64,000 nucleotides of DNA, taken from Ostreococcus lucimarinus (taxonomy: Eukaryota). Numbering within the stretch: the stretch's first letter is position 1; each line of letters opens with the position of its first letter. A program made the position numbers and the translations under genes. Shown here in pieces: positions 19,215 to 30,026 of this stretch. The stretch lies in assembly GCA_000092065.1 (NCBI GenBank), contig CP000583.1; one strand, 5' to 3'. The notes below the pieces were generated by a model. The model saw only the letters and a list, made by a program, of their open reading frames with translations, did not search any database and had not been told where the DNA came from.

Positions 19215-22200
19215 TCACGCATTCGCGATGCGTTTTGGCGGCAGACCGCTCGGAAACGCCTGTTCTCCTTCGCCCGGGAGCACCGCTTCGGCGAACATTT
19301 CGACTTGCAACTTTGCGTTACTCAGCACGGCTTGCGTGATGTGTCTACAGGGTCGATGTTCTCGCGTGATGCCCGCATCGGAGAAAAATCTGTCCCAGAT
19401 ATCACACACCGCTTCCATTTCTCGGATGTCTTTGAGGTGAATTTTCACTTGCAGCAAGTGAGCGACGTCAGTGCCGGCCATCACGAGGAGTCTGACCAAA
19501 TTATCAAACACACGGCGCATTTGTCCCGTGAACGTGGGTTCGACCACACCGCCACAAGTAATACCAGAAAGCCACACTTGTCGTCCCCAGGTGACAACTG
19601 GAGAGCAATCCAAGCCACCAGGATTGTGGTACACGACCTGCGTGTTTGCGTCTGGCGCGTGCAACGCCAGCGCTCCACGCCCGGCGCCACGACGACGATC
19701 GCCACCTTGTGACGTACCGCTTTCTAACACCGCAATTCGATCCTCGTACTGAACGTTCGTTCGCGTTGCGATTTCATGCGAGCGCGCAAGCTCTTCGTGC
19801 GAGCGCACGAGTTCTTTGTGCGCTGCAGAAAGTTCTTTGAACGAGTTTACGAGTTGCTGGAAATTTTTCACCTCGACGATTTCGTTACCCGGTAACGCGT
19901 CGTCCAGCTCACGCGTCATTCTCTTCACTGGAACCAAGGCATGCGTTTCATCCTCCGCAGTAACGCTCGCAGCTCGAGATCTCTTACGTCTGCTCGGCGG
20001 CTCAACGGGGATGGGAATCGTCTTGTGCTTCATCCTCATGTGCGTGCACAAACCCCTATGTTGCTTCGCTTTGAACTCGCACTCTGGACATTGGAGTTGG
20101 TCCGTTAAAATTTCCATGTGTTTGGTACTAGAATGGACTCCCTTGTCGTGGACTACCGTCTCATCCACTTCCTCCATGTCAGTCTGATTGAGTGCCACCC
20201 GATCTTCGATGACGGCTGCCGCCGCAATCAGTTCAACGTTGTGTTCTTTCTTGTAGTGCGTGCAAAGCTGTCTGAACGACTTGCATTTGAAATCTCCAGC
20301 CGCACACTCGTCGCAAAACCGAACGCCAGGATCCATCTCTTTCGTGCGAGGAGGTCCCGGGAAACTAACTCCGACGTTCAGGGGCTCTTCTTCGAGTGGT
20401 GAGGTTTGGGGGTGCTTCAACTTGCAGCTGCGCAGATGAGCTGCAAACCCTGCATTCCAGAAACCCGTGTACGTCTGACAGTACTCGCACGTTATCTGCG
20501 TCTTTTTCGATTTACCACTCGGACGATCGGTATCTCTCGTCTCATGTGTGAGCTTATTCGGTTTTGACAACGAAGGTTTCGGCTCTGAAGTTGGCAACGA
20601 CGCATCACTCGACGAGTTCATCAACGCCTCCGCCTCTTTAAACTCTTTCGCGGTAATGAATGCCCGTACATTGTGCGCGTCTTTGTAGTGAGCGATCAGC
20701 CCTGAATTGTTTGGAAACTTGGCCGAGCACTCTGCACAACTTCTTTGCGTGTGAAAGATGCGTAAGATTGTCGTTTCTGTTTGCGGTCGAACGGACTGTT
20801 CTTCGACGGCAGGCTCGTCGCCGGGTGACTCTCCTTGTGCAGACTGTTTACCAATTCGCGTGACTTTAACGCCGTGTTCCACCTGCATGTGTCGCACTAA
20901 ATCATCGAAAGAAGTACCTTTGAACTCGCAACCGCTTTCTTCTCGAAGTAAACATTTTCTACTCTTCGCGCCGACGGATAGCTCTTTGAGCGGCGTGTGA
21001 GCTTCAGACGCAATTTTTGGAGGCGCCTTATCTGTTGCCTTCGTGACCACTTGGGCATTAGGGACGCTCGTAGCGGCTGATTTCGCTCCTTTGCACCATC
21101 GCGCTTTGTGCGTCACGAGCCCGGCTGGCGACTTAACTGAAACTCCACACACATCGCAAGCCGTCGAATGATTGGTGACGATGACAGACGCTTGCGTTTT
21201 GTTTTTCTTCTCTACCGCACCAGCGGTCAAAGGCACGATTAGTTCGCCGCGATGCTTCATCTTGCTCTGATGTATTTTTAGCGAGTGCGCATTCTTGAAC
21301 GACTTTCCACACTCAGTGCACGCACATTCCTGCGACTCGTTCGTAGACTTGTCGATGTCACGACCTCTGCTCGCTGCTCGCTCGTCTTCGTCGTCGATAC
21401 CTACGGTGTAACGCGAAGGTCTCGCGGCTGTTCGCCGCTTTCGATTGGGTTCAGTAGACTCGTTCGCAGTCAGCTTGTCGTCAACATTCGATACGTCGTC
21501 AAAAAGATTTTCAGGTGTCTTGAGAAGCGCAGCCTTGTTCGCTGGTCGATCATCATCGCTGTCTGCGTTGTGCGTAGCCTCTGCTTCAGCACGATGCTTC
21601 ACTGTATCGCTTCTCGGCCCATCGTCGTCGGCGTCGCTGTCGCGATCCGTCTCATCCTTGTCGTTCTCGTCCTCCATCACGAATGCGCTCACCATCTCGG
21701 CTTGGTCCATGGCGGGTTGCTCGGCCCAATACTTTTCGACGTGCTGCTGATACTCGGCGAAAGTCTCTTCGGGCTTGGCGCTGCAGTAACTCACGACGTG
21801 TTTCTTGAACGCGAGGTATCCGTTAAACTTTTTCTGCGCGCCGCAAAAGCAACACTCGATATCCTTGTAGATCTTGTACTCTCTGTTACCGTCCGGGCTC
21901 ATCTGGTCGACCCCGCGCGGCGTCGGCACTTCAACATCTATCGTCGTCGGACTCGAAACCGCGAGCGCTGGTGCCGGCGTGCGCGCCGGCGCCTCGTTCG
22001 CGACTTCGCCGTCCTTCGTCGTCTTGTCGCTATTCGGACTTCCATTCGCGCCCTGCCCCGGGCTCCGCGCCGGCGTCGCCGTCTGCACCTCGTTCCCATC
22101 ACCCGCGCCCGCGTCCACTTTCCCATCGCTCACCACCGCCGCGACCTCGCTCGCGGGCGGTTGACCCGGTAAACCTCCCTCCGCCGACATCGCGCCGTCG

Positions 22201-22289
22201 CGTCGACCTCCGCGCTCGCCTTCGCCGTCCTCCCCGCGTCGATTCGACCGTCTCGATCGAGTCCTGCGCGCGTCCGCGTCGTCAGTCAT
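19215..22289 (-). CDS. Multi-C2H2 zinc-finger protein with C-terminal RidA/YjgF (UK114-like) domain
   Basis: At least 7 C2H2-like fingers are present (e.g. CTECGKSFKNAHSLKIHQSKMKH, CAECSAKFPNNSGLIAHYKDAHN, CPECEFKAKQHRGLCTHMRMKH). The C-terminal 140 aa align to the RidA/YjgF family (…WLSGITCGG…TGQMRRVFDNL…TDVAHLLQVKIHLKDIREMEAVCDIWDRFF…PCRHITQAVLSNAKLQVEMFAEAV). There is no internal Met before the RidA part. Start chosen at MTDDADA (about 22289); upstream is low complexity. Confidence 0.65.
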   Translation of the reverse strand: MTDDADARRTRSRRSNRRGEDGEGERGGRRDGAMSAEGGLPGQPPASEVAAVVSDGKVDAGAGDGNEVQTATPARSPGQGANGSPNSDKTTKDGEVANEAPARTPAPALAVSSPTTIDVEVPTPRGVDQMSPDGNREYKIYKDIECCFCGAQKKFNGYLAFKKHVVSYCSAKPEETFAEYQQHVEKYWAEQPAMDQAEMVSAFVMEDENDKDETDRDSDADDDGPRSDTVKHRAEAEATHNADSDDDRPANKAALLKTPENLFDDVSNVDDKLTANESTEPNRKRRTAARPSRYTVGIDDEDERAASRGRDIDKSTNESQECACTECGKSFKNAHSLKIHQSKMKHRGELIVPLTAGAVEKKNKTQASVIVTNHSTACDVCGVSVKSPAGLVTHKARWCKGAKSAATSVPNAQVVTKATDKAPPKIASEAHTPLKELSVGAKSRKCLLREESGCEFKGTSFDDLVRHMQVEHGVKVTRIGKQSAQGESPGDEPAVEEQSVRPQTETTILRIFHTQRSCAECSAKFPNNSGLIAHYKDAHNVRAFITAKEFKEAEALMNSSSDASLPTSEPKPSLSKPNKLTHETRDTDRPSGKSKKTQITCEYCQTYTGFWNAGFAAHLRSCKLKHPQTSPLEEEPLNVGVSFPGPPRTKEMDPGVRFCDECAAGDFKCKSFRQLCTHYKKEHNVELIAAAAVIEDRVALNQTDMEEVDETVVHDKGVHSSTKHMEILTDQLQCPECEFKAKQHRGLCTHMRMKHKTIPIPVEPPSRRKRSRAASVTAEDETHALVPVKRMTRELDDALPGNEIVEVKNFQQLVNSFKELSAAHKELVRSHEELARSHEIATRTNVQYEDRIAVLESGTSQGGDRRRGAGRGALALHAPDANTQVVYHNPGGLDCSPVVTWGRQVWLSGITCGGVVEPTFTGQMRRVFDNLVRLLVMAGTDVAHLLQVKIHLKDIREMEAVCDIWDRFFSDAGITREHRPCRHITQAVLSNAKLQVEMFAEAVLPGEGEQAFPSGLPPKRIANA

Positions 22290-22859
22290 CCCATCGCGCG
22301 CGCGTTCCGTCGTTCCGACCCGCGCGCGCCGCGCGCCGCGCGCGTCGACCGCTCGCGCGGGTCGAAATTCTCCAATTTCAACCTCCGACCGATTCCCCGC
22401 GGTGTTCCGCGCGTCGCCGTCGCGCGCCCGACCGTCGCGCGCCCCCTCGCCCGCGCGCGATCGCCCGCGCGCGATCGCCCGCGCGCGTCCGCCCGCGCGC
22501 GCGGCGCGTCTCGCGCGCGCGCGACCGCGCGAGCGCTCGACGACGCGCATTTGACCTCGCGACCGCGGCGACCGCGCGCGCCGATGCGCCGCGCGCGCGC
22601 GCGCGAGATCGATGCGTCGCGCTCGCGCGCGCGAAGACGTCGGTCGTGATCCGTACCTCGCGTTGGATTCGCTCGCGGGGCGCGCGCGCGCGTCGAGGAG
22701 TGCGCATTGGGCGCGCATTCGATGCGGAGACGACGAGACGCCGCGAGGCGTCGCGCGAAGCGTCGCGCGAGGGCGAACGCGCGCGACGCGGCGACGACGA
22801 GAGGGAACGACGCGTCTGGACGACGCGGCGCTGATGATGATGCGTGACTAGTGAGAAAT

Positions 22860-24177
22860 CTAGCGCTGGCTAAGAGCGCGCGCGGGCGGCGGCGGTTGGG
22901 ACGCGCGCTCGCGAACGACGCGACGCTTGCGAACGCAGCCGCAACAGGAGGTTTCCTCCTCGACGGTTTCGACGAACGGCGACGGGTCGCTCGGACCCGG
23001 TGCGGTCGGCGCGGGATCGCTCGCGGGATTGAGCTCGGACGCGGCGTCGGCGTGGAGCTTGGCGCGGGCTTTGGCGGCCCATCGGTCGAGGGATCGCGCG
23101 CGCGCGAACGGCTTGGCCGCGTCGTCGGCGGCGTTCGTCGTCTCGGCGTTCGTGGTGGTGGTGGTGGTGGTGGTGGTCGTCGATCCATCGGTGAGATCGA
23201 GCTTCGTTCGCGCGACTGGGGTATCCAGAAACGACAGCGCGCGCGGCGTCGCGGGCGCGCGCGCGTCCGCGGTCGCCGGTGCGAACTCGAAGCTCGCGTC
23301 CGCGTCCTCCGTCGGCGTCGCCGCCGGCGTTCGTCGTTTGTTCTCGCTCACCGCGCTCAGCTCGTTCGGCACCAATCGCTCGCTCATCGTCTCACGCTCG
23401 CTCACGGACGCCCTGCCGTCCCCCGGGCGGTTCAAAGGCGTCGCGCCCTCGCCCCGCCGTCGAACCGACGCGTGCGCCTTGACGCGCTGCGCCTCGACGC
23501 GCGCCGCGTACGCGTCGTACTCCTCCAACGCCGCCGACCCATTCTTCGCCACGTACGCGTGAAACCATCGCAATAAATTATTATTTTCCTACGTTCGCAA
23601 ACGCCCCCCGCGCGGTCGATCGATCGATCGTCAGTCGCGCGTTCGCTCGCGCTCGCGCCTCGCGCTCGAATCCCAACCGCCTCGACTCGCCCGCGCGTCG
23701 TCGTCGTCGCCCGATCCGATCCCCGTCTTCACCGACGCCGTCCATCGCCCCCAAACGCGAGCGCGACTTCCATCCCACGCTTCCCGCGCCTCGCTCGTCG
23801 CGTCGCGTCGTCGTTTCGCGCACCGTGAACTTCCCCTTGGCCAACGCGTCGAAATCCACGTCGACGCGCGTCCCGAGCGCGCGCATCGTCTGCGCCAGCA
23901 CCCGCACGTTCCGCTCGTTATCCCCGACGAACCGCGCGTTGAAATCAAACCTATGCAGCGGCACCTTCCCCGGGTGCATCGCGTCGAGCAGCTGCGCGTA
24001 CGCGACGCCGTCGCCGCACTCTTGCACCGAGGCGTAATCGCTCCGAAGCGCGCGATTGAGCCACGCGACGAGCTCGAGCCGTCCCATCGAGCGCGACGTC
24101 GACGCCGTCGTCGTCGTCGCCGTCGGCGTCGTCGCGCGCGCGGCGCTCGCGCGTCGTCGCGTCGCGGGCGTCGACAT
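22860..24177 (-). CDS. EB1-family microtubule plus-end binding protein (CH domain); exons 23824-24177 and 22860-23588
   Basis: Exon 1 carries the CH domain (MGRLELVAWLNRALRSDYASVQECGDGVAYAQLLDAMHPGKVPLHRFDFNARF…LAKGKFT). Donor GTGCGC lies after codon T118, with intron 23589-23823 (acceptor cgTAG). Exon 2 continues ENNNLLRWFHAYVAKN…EEYDAYAARVEAQ, colinear with EB1 ([33 protein letters not shown]). The C-terminal part of exon 2 is low-complexity, so the true 3' end is uncertain. Confidence 0.6.
23589..23823 (-). other. Intron (GTGCGC donor), phase 0
   Basis: Splicing restores EB1 colinearity across two ORFs. Confidence 0.5.
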
Positions 24178-24219
24178 CGTCGTCGAGGAGTGACGCGGAC
24201 GCCATTCGCGCGCGCCACC

Positions 24220-24740
24220 ATGGCGAGCGCGCGCGGGTTCTGCGAACGCTGCGGCGCGCGCCTGCGGCTGACGACGCGCGCGCCCGACGTGCGGTGCGAC
24301 GCGTGCGGCAGGGCGCGCGCGCTCGAGGACGGTGCGACGCCGACGCGACGACGGACGAAGCGGCGGCGGCGAGGAAAAGCGACGAAAAGAAAGACGCGAC
24401 GCGACGCGACGCGACGCGACGCGACGACGGTGAACGCGGACTGACGACGCGCGATGACCGCGATGACGCCGCAGCGTTCGGGGACGGCGAGCGCGAGCTC
24501 ACGGCGGGGGCGAGGGAGTTTAAGTTTCATCACGGCGTCGAGGCGAGACATCCGAACGGGACGCGCGTGGGCGCGACGGAGGAGGTGACGCGAGAGCGCG
24601 CGACGGTGGACGAAAAGTGTCCGAAATGTAAGCATAAGGGGTTAAACTTTTACACGATGCAGTTGAGGAGCGCGGATGAGGGGCAGACGGTGTTTTATGA
24701 GTGTCCGAAGTGCTCGCACACGTTTTCGCAAAACAACTGA
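24220..24740 (+). CDS. DNA-directed RNA polymerase I subunit A12.2 (RPA12/ZNRD1-like); exons 24220-24331 and 24475-24740
   Basis: N-terminal zinc ribbon FCERCGARL…RCDACGRA is present. The C-terminal TFIIS-type ribbon KCPKCKHKGLNFYTMQLRSADEGQTVFYECPKCSHTFSQNN is nearly identical in pattern to yeast A12.2. A 143-nt intron (GTGCGA…ccgcAG, phase 1) removes a basic low-complexity stretch and joins the two frames, giving a protein of about 123 aa. Confidence 0.6.
24332..24474 (+). other. Intron (GTGCGA donor, CAG acceptor), phase 1
   Basis: Inferred from the frame change between the two zinc-ribbon ORFs and the expected A12.2 length. Confidence 0.45.
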
Positions 24741-24915
24741 GCGCGGGGACGAGGCGAGGCGACGCCGTGTAGTAAAAGTAGCGACGAAATTTTGTCAGTG
24801 ACGCATCGAAAGCGCGTGGTAGCTCATCGAAAGCGCGACGCGCGCGGTAAAAAAGGTGTGTGAGTGATTTTTACAGCGGGAAGAGAGCGCGTGTTCGCGT
24901 CGACGTCGTCGTCGC

Positions 24916-25368
24916 CTACTCCGGGTTACCCCAACTATTGACAACCTTGCACGAACCGTCGCCACCGTCGGGTCCGTACTGACGCCAGCCCGCGCTTCCT
25001 TCCTTGTAAAAGGCGCTCGCGTCGGTGCCGGTACCGTCGGCCAAGGATGCGTCGCATCCGTTCGCGTTCCCGCTCGAACCGATGTGCCACAAGTCGCTCG
25101 TCCAGTACTTGTTGACGCCGTCGCACTCGAATTCCCCGTCGCATTCCTCCTTGACGTGCTTCCAATCCGTCGCTTCGTCGTTGATGTTCGCCTTGTAGAA
25201 CAAGCACGACAACAACCACGTATCCTTGCGACAATACCGCGTCGCTCCCGACGCCGGAACTTGCGCGTGCGCCGCCGCCGCCAAATCGACCGCGCCCGAC
25301 TGCGCCATCGCCGCCGCGTCCGCCGCCATCTCCTGACCGAACTGTTGCATCGGTTCCTGTCCCAGCAT
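24916..25368 (-). CDS. Hypothetical small secreted Cys-containing protein
   Basis: The ORF C-terminal 150 aa start with an Ala-rich hydrophobic N-terminus (MAADAAAMAQSGAVDLAAAAHAQVPA), then …CRKDTWLLSCLFYKANINDEATDWKHVKEECDGEFECDGVNKYW…SCKVVNSWGNPE. No family was recognised. The upstream part of ORF 24916-26307 overlaps the sulfotransferase gene antisense and is rejected. Confidence 0.3.
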   Translation of the reverse strand: MLGQEPMQQFGQEMAADAAAMAQSGAVDLAAAAHAQVPASGATRYCRKDTWLLSCLFYKANINDEATDWKHVKEECDGEFECDGVNKYWTSDLWHIGSSGNANGCDASLADGTGTDASAFYKEGSAGWRQYGPDGGDGSCKVVNSWGNPE

Positions 25369-25852
25369 CGCGATCGAGCGCCACGAGCCCCTTTCTTCGC
25401 GCTCACCGACGCACATCAAGCTAAACTTTGACGCGTGTCCGCACGCGTCCAGGTGCGCGTCCCTCGTCAGCCCCCTCGGCGCCGCCAGCGCGAACCGCGA
25501 GCTCCCGAGCGCGGCCTCGCTCGACGTCCAACCGCGACCTCTCGCGTACTGCGCTCCATTCAGCGCCAAGCTCGCGACGAGCGCGCCCGACAGCGCCCCG
25601 ATCGTTCGTCGCGCGGTCGACCCGCGATTTTGGTGTTCGCGCCCTTCGCCCTCGCTCGCCACGTCCAATCGCAGCGACGCGTCGTCGGCCGCGCGCAGCA
25701 GGCTCCCGCGTTCGTCTTCGCTCATGTCTGCGCGCTTCGCGTCGCGTTCGCGCGCTCGCGCGTTCGCGCGCGCGCGTTTCTGCCGATCGGCTCTGACTTT
25801 TAGTGTTGGCGCGACGGTGCCGTCGGCGACCGACCGCGGCACATCGCGCGGC

Positions 25853-27022
25853 ATGGCGACGCCGACGGTGATCGAGTGCCGCGTGCGCGGCGCGTACTGG
25901 CACGTGAAAAACCACCCGATGTCCGGCGTCACGCTCGTCGGGTGGGCGAGGACGCTCTGGGCGCACGGACGGTCGATCGATGCGGTGGCGTTCGCGCCGA
26001 GGCTGATGTTTCTGACGTGCATGGCGCTCGCGAACACGCTGGCGGCGATCGCGGACGGCGCGCTGCGCCCGAGGTGGGGTCGGACGAAAGTGCGAGACGA
26101 CCCGGTGTTCGTGCTGGGACATCCGAGGACGGGGACGACGCACTTGCATAATATATTGGCGAAAGACGAGACGCGCTTCGCCGCGGCGACGACGTTCGAC
26201 GTCGGGTTTCCGAGCGGGTTTCTCTCGAGCGGGTTCGTGAAGCCGTACCTGGCGAAAATGATGGATTCGACGAGACCGATGGATAACATGGCGCTGACGA
26301 TGGACACGCCGCAGGAGGACGAGCTGGCGACGAATCAATTGAGCGGGTGCGCGTCGCCGTACGCGCCGCTGATGTTTATGCGAGACGAGGCGAAATTTCG
26401 CAAGTATTACGAGCTTCGAGAGGATCACGACGAGTATCCCATCGAGCGCGCAGAGCTGGAGGCGTGGAAATCGGCGTTCATGACGTTCATGACAAAGTTG
26501 CAGTACAAGCACGGGGAGCACAAGCGGTTGGTGTTGAAGTCGCCCGTGCACGCGGCGCGCGTCGAGGTGCTTCGCAAACTCTTTCCGCGAGCGCAATTCG
26601 TGTTCATTTCTCGTCACCCGTACGATGTTTTCAGATCTGCGGTAAACATGGCGGACAAGTACTACTGGCAGTGCTTTTTGCAACGCCCCACCGTGGCGGA
26701 CGTGCAGGAATTCATCCTCAAGCAGGGAGAAATTTTACACGACGCGTACGTGCGAGACTCGAAGTCGCTCCCGCGCGAAGCCTTGTTTGAGACGCGATTC
26801 GACGATCTCGACGCCGATCCCGTGGGCACGTTGTCGAAAATTTATAAACATTTCGGATGGGATGGATTCGACGAAACGGTCGCGCCGGTGTTGAAGGAAT
26901 ACGCGACGTCGCTCGCCGACTTTAAAAAGAATAGCTTTGCCGAGCTCTCCGACGACGCCAAGGAGGTGATCAACAGTCGCTGGGCGCGCTGGTTCACCGA
27001 CTTGAACTACGAGAAACGATAG
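25853..27022 (+). CDS. Sulfotransferase-family protein (PAPS-binding 5'-PSB GHPRTGTT and 3'-PB RHPYDVFRS motifs)
   Basis: Motifs VFVLGHPRTGTTHL and …FVFISRHPYDVFRSAV… are present. ATG at 25853 (M44 of the ORF). Confidence 0.7.
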   Translation: MATPTVIECRVRGAYWHVKNHPMSGVTLVGWARTLWAHGRSIDAVAFAPRLMFLTCMALANTLAAIADGALRPRWGRTKVRDDPVFVLGHPRTGTTHLHNILAKDETRFAAATTFDVGFPSGFLSSGFVKPYLAKMMDSTRPMDNMALTMDTPQEDELATNQLSGCASPYAPLMFMRDEAKFRKYYELREDHDEYPIERAELEAWKSAFMTFMTKLQYKHGEHKRLVLKSPVHAARVEVLRKLFPRAQFVFISRHPYDVFRSAVNMADKYYWQCFLQRPTVADVQEFILKQGEILHDAYVRDSKSLPREALFETRFDDLDADPVGTLSKIYKHFGWDGFDETVAPVLKEYATSLADFKKNSFAELSDDAKEVINSRWARWFTDLNYEKR

Positions 27023-27062
27023 CGCTGTAGCGTAGAAATAACAGTAGAAAGAAGATTGCTCA

Positions 27063-27746
27063 TTAAAGGAGCTTTTTCCGCTCAAAGAAACCCTTGAGAT
27101 AGACGATTTGCCAGACGCACATCCCGACGCACACGCTCAGGCTCAGCACGCTCAACCACGCGACTTTCGCGTTCGTCGATTCATTCATATCGCGCATCTC
27201 CGCCTCTAACGCTCGCAAATTCAACATACCATCGTGCACTTCTCTCAAATCCGCCTCTAACGCCCGCAACGTCCGCGTAAACGCGTCCAAATCCGTCGCC
27301 TTGGCCAGGCTCTTCCACTCCGTCGCCGCGACGCCGTGTTTCCAATCTACGCGCACCCTGTGCTTCGCCAGCGCCGCAGCCTTCGCCTTTTCGTCCCCCA
27401 GCGACGTCAACTCCGGTTTATAAAAGCACGCTCGGTGTTCTCCCTCCGTCTCGCTCGTGAATCCGTGCCTTCCGCTCGTCGCGTCGTTCTTCTCCCACGC
27501 CACCTTCCCCTTCGCGTCGAACACCTTCACGCTCACCTCATCTCCCTCCATCACCGTCTCGAACGCGAACAGCACCACCGCGTTCGCGTGTATGTCTTCG
27601 CTCACGCACTTCATGTCGTCGTACGCGCCGTCGCCGCGGTGCACCAGATCGATCTCCAGCGCCGTCGCCGTCGTCGTCGAAATCATCATCATCATCGCCC
27701 CACCGACGACCGCGGACGCGATCGACGCGCGTCGCGCGCGCGCCAT
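27063..27746 (-). CDS. p24/emp24/GOLD-family cargo receptor (TMED)
   Basis: A signal peptide, GOLD domain, coiled coil, single TM and C-terminal tail …YLKGFFERKKLL (COPI/COPII sorting motif) are present. ATG at 27746. Confidence 0.8.
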   Translation of the reverse strand: MARARRASIASAVVGGAMMMMISTTTATALEIDLVHRGDGAYDDMKCVSEDIHANAVVLFAFETVMEGDEVSVKVFDAKGKVAWEKNDATSGRHGFTSETEGEHRACFYKPELTSLGDEKAKAAALAKHRVRVDWKHGVAATEWKSLAKATDLDAFTRTLRALEADLREVHDGMLNLRALEAEMRDMNESTNAKVAWLSVLSLSVCVGMCVWQIVYLKGFFERKKLL

Positions 27747-28469
27747 CGCCGCACTACGCGCGCTTCACCGCCGATGACGCGGCCAAGCCGCTCGCGCGTC
27801 GCGGAACGCCGCGATTCGTGACGCGATTCATCCGCGCGCGTCCTCGCGCGTTCGATGCCCGACGACGTCGTCGTCGCGCGCGCGCGATGTCCCGCGCGCG
27901 CGCTCGCGCTGACGGCGACGATCACCGCGCGCGGCGCGCGCGCGACGATCGAGGTCGCGCGCGAGGCGCGGTCGCGTCGCGTCGCTTTCGCGCGCGGTCT
28001 CGCGGTGGCGACGCTGACGCGCGTCGCGCTGGCGCTGACGCGCGCGCGCGCGCGCGACGCGTGGCTCGCGAGCGCGATGGCGTGCGCGATGGCGACGCGC
28101 GCGATGGGACGCGCGCGCGCGGTGGCGCGGGCGACGATGGATCGAGCGTTGGGCGCGCGGTGCGCGGACGGGACGGCGGTGCCGCGCGAGGACGCGCGCG
28201 GGTTCGAAGTCGCGGAGAGGCTGAGCGCGACGGACGCGTGGTATCAGGTGGTGTGCGCGAGGGGGGGTGGGAGAGGACGCGTGGACGTCCTGGGAGGGAC
28301 GCGGTGCTCGGGAGAGATGGCGCGGGTGGTGATGGCGACGGCGCGGCGGTGCTTCGAAGACGGTTAGGGGATGGATTGAAAAAATCGTAGATTCGGCGGG
28401 GACGGGGGTTTTAATGATGGATGGATAGATGGACTGGCTAGATCTAGGAGAGGGAGGATGAATCGTTCG

Positions 28470-30026
28470 TTACTCCTCGCGCGCGAGCGCGCGCTCGTCG
28501 TCGAAGCGCTCGACGTCGAAGCGCTCGTCGTCGAGCGCGAGCGCGGGCTCGATGCTCGCCGCGGGTTCGAAAAACTCGAGAGCGCGCCACCACAGGTACG
28601 TCACCGCCGCGACGCACCACAACATCTTTCCGAACACGACGCCGCGGCGGTACAGCCTGTAAAGACGCCCCATGAACGTGTCCCACGTGTCGTACGCGCG
28701 GTCGTACGCGAGCTCGACGCGATGGGCGACGTCGTCCCAGTTGTACAACGCCTCGACGCGCTCGTGAATCCGCCACGGATCGGCGCGCGGGAGCGCTTCG
28801 AGACACTCGTCGAGAGCGTCCAGGATGGACTGCACGTCCGGCTTCGCTAAGAACATGATATCTTCTGGTAATACCTCTGGAACGCCTCCCACCGCGGTGG
28901 CGACGACGAGACATCCGCACGACGCCGCTTCGAGGACGGCGATGCAAAACGACTCCGTGAGCGAGGCGTTGAGGAACACGTCGCCTCGACGAAGCACTTC
29001 TGGGACCTTGTCGTGCGACACGCTCCCGAGAATGGTGACGCGCTCGGTCAAACCCGCATCTTCGATCGCCTTCTCCAAATGCTTCCGCATCGATCCATCG
29101 CCCGCGATTAGGAAATCTAAATCGTCGTGCTCGGCGCACGCGAGCGGAATCACCCCCGCCAACAGATGCACGCCCTTGCGATACATCAATCTCGACGTCA
29201 CCACCACCGTCCTGCGTCCTTTCTTCCGCTTCGTCACATCCGGCGTGAATCTCACGGAGTCCACGGCGTTCGGGATGACGCTCACGCGCTCCGGCGCCAA
29301 ACCTGGCTCGCCCCCGAGCAAGTACCCGCTCCGCAAAACCGTATTCTCCTTCGCCGTGTGACTGACGCAAATCGCGTGCTGCGTGTCCGCCAACGTCATG
29401 TCCAATAACTTGTTCGTGTGAATCGCCCCGACGTCCGCGAAACCAAACAACGAGTGATCGGTGAACACGCACTTCATTCCCATCGTTCGCGCGTACAGTA
29501 TGCCCTCGTGCGACATCGTGCACCCTTGGTGCGCGTGCACCAGCGTCACGCCTTCGCGAACGCACGTCTAATTCGAATCAGAATTCGCGCGTCAGTCGAC
29601 GCGAACGAAACGAACGAGCGAACGAAACGAAAGAAACTTCGCGCGCGCGCGTCGCCGTCGCCGTCGTCGTCGTCGTCGTCGTCGTCGTCGCACCTTTCTA
29701 AATAACTTGAACCCGCCGAGAAAATTTGGAAACGTACAGTTGTCGTACATGACCACCCTCGGCACGTGATACACCTTGATCCCGCGCGTGATCCACCGCA
29801 CGCCCACGCGTCCGGGATGCGCGTGCGTGTACACCACCACCTTGTGTCCGCGCGCGCGCAATCTCGCGGCGAGGGCGTAGATGTGGAGCTCGACGCCGCC
29901 GATCGACGGCAGGAAAAAGTCGCTCAGCATCAAGACGCAGTGCTTCCGACGCGCGACGACGGGCGACGACGCCGACGTCGATGGCGCGTCGTCGGCGTCG
30001 TTCGGGGCGCGACGCGCGCGCGTCAT
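28470..30026 (-). CDS. PIG-A (GPI N-acetylglucosaminyltransferase catalytic subunit, GT4); exons 29694-30026 and 28470-29567
   Basis: Exon 1 is …CVLMLSDFFLPSIGGVELHIYALAARLRARGHKVVVYTHAH…FPNFLGGFKLFRK. Donor AAG|GTGCGA follows, with intron 29568-29693 (acceptor aatTAG). Exon 2 is TCVREGVTLVHAHQ…MGMKCVFTDHSLFGFAD…EDIMFLAKPDVQSILDALDE…, colinear with human PIGA including the C-terminal TM. ATG at 30026. Confidence 0.85.
29568..29693 (-). other. Intron (GTGCGA donor), phase 0; contains (GTC)n and GAACGAAAC repeats
   Basis: Splicing restores PIG-A colinearity. Confidence 0.6.

Noticed and set aside
22286-23188. 300-aa minus-strand ORF beginning MDRRPPPPPPPP…
   Set aside because: It is Pro/Arg low complexity in another frame of the EB1 exon 2 region, with no domain.
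25421-26683. 420-aa minus-strand ORF antisense to the sulfotransferase gene
   Set aside because: It is Arg/His-rich low complexity, antisense to a gene with clear PAPS-binding motifs.
29560-29580. tRNA-like TTCGAATC motif
   Set aside because: There is no flanking acceptor-stem/T-loop complementarity (no GGTTCGAATCC context) and it lies at a PIG-A intron/exon boundary. No tRNA or rRNA genes were detected anywhere in the window by eye.
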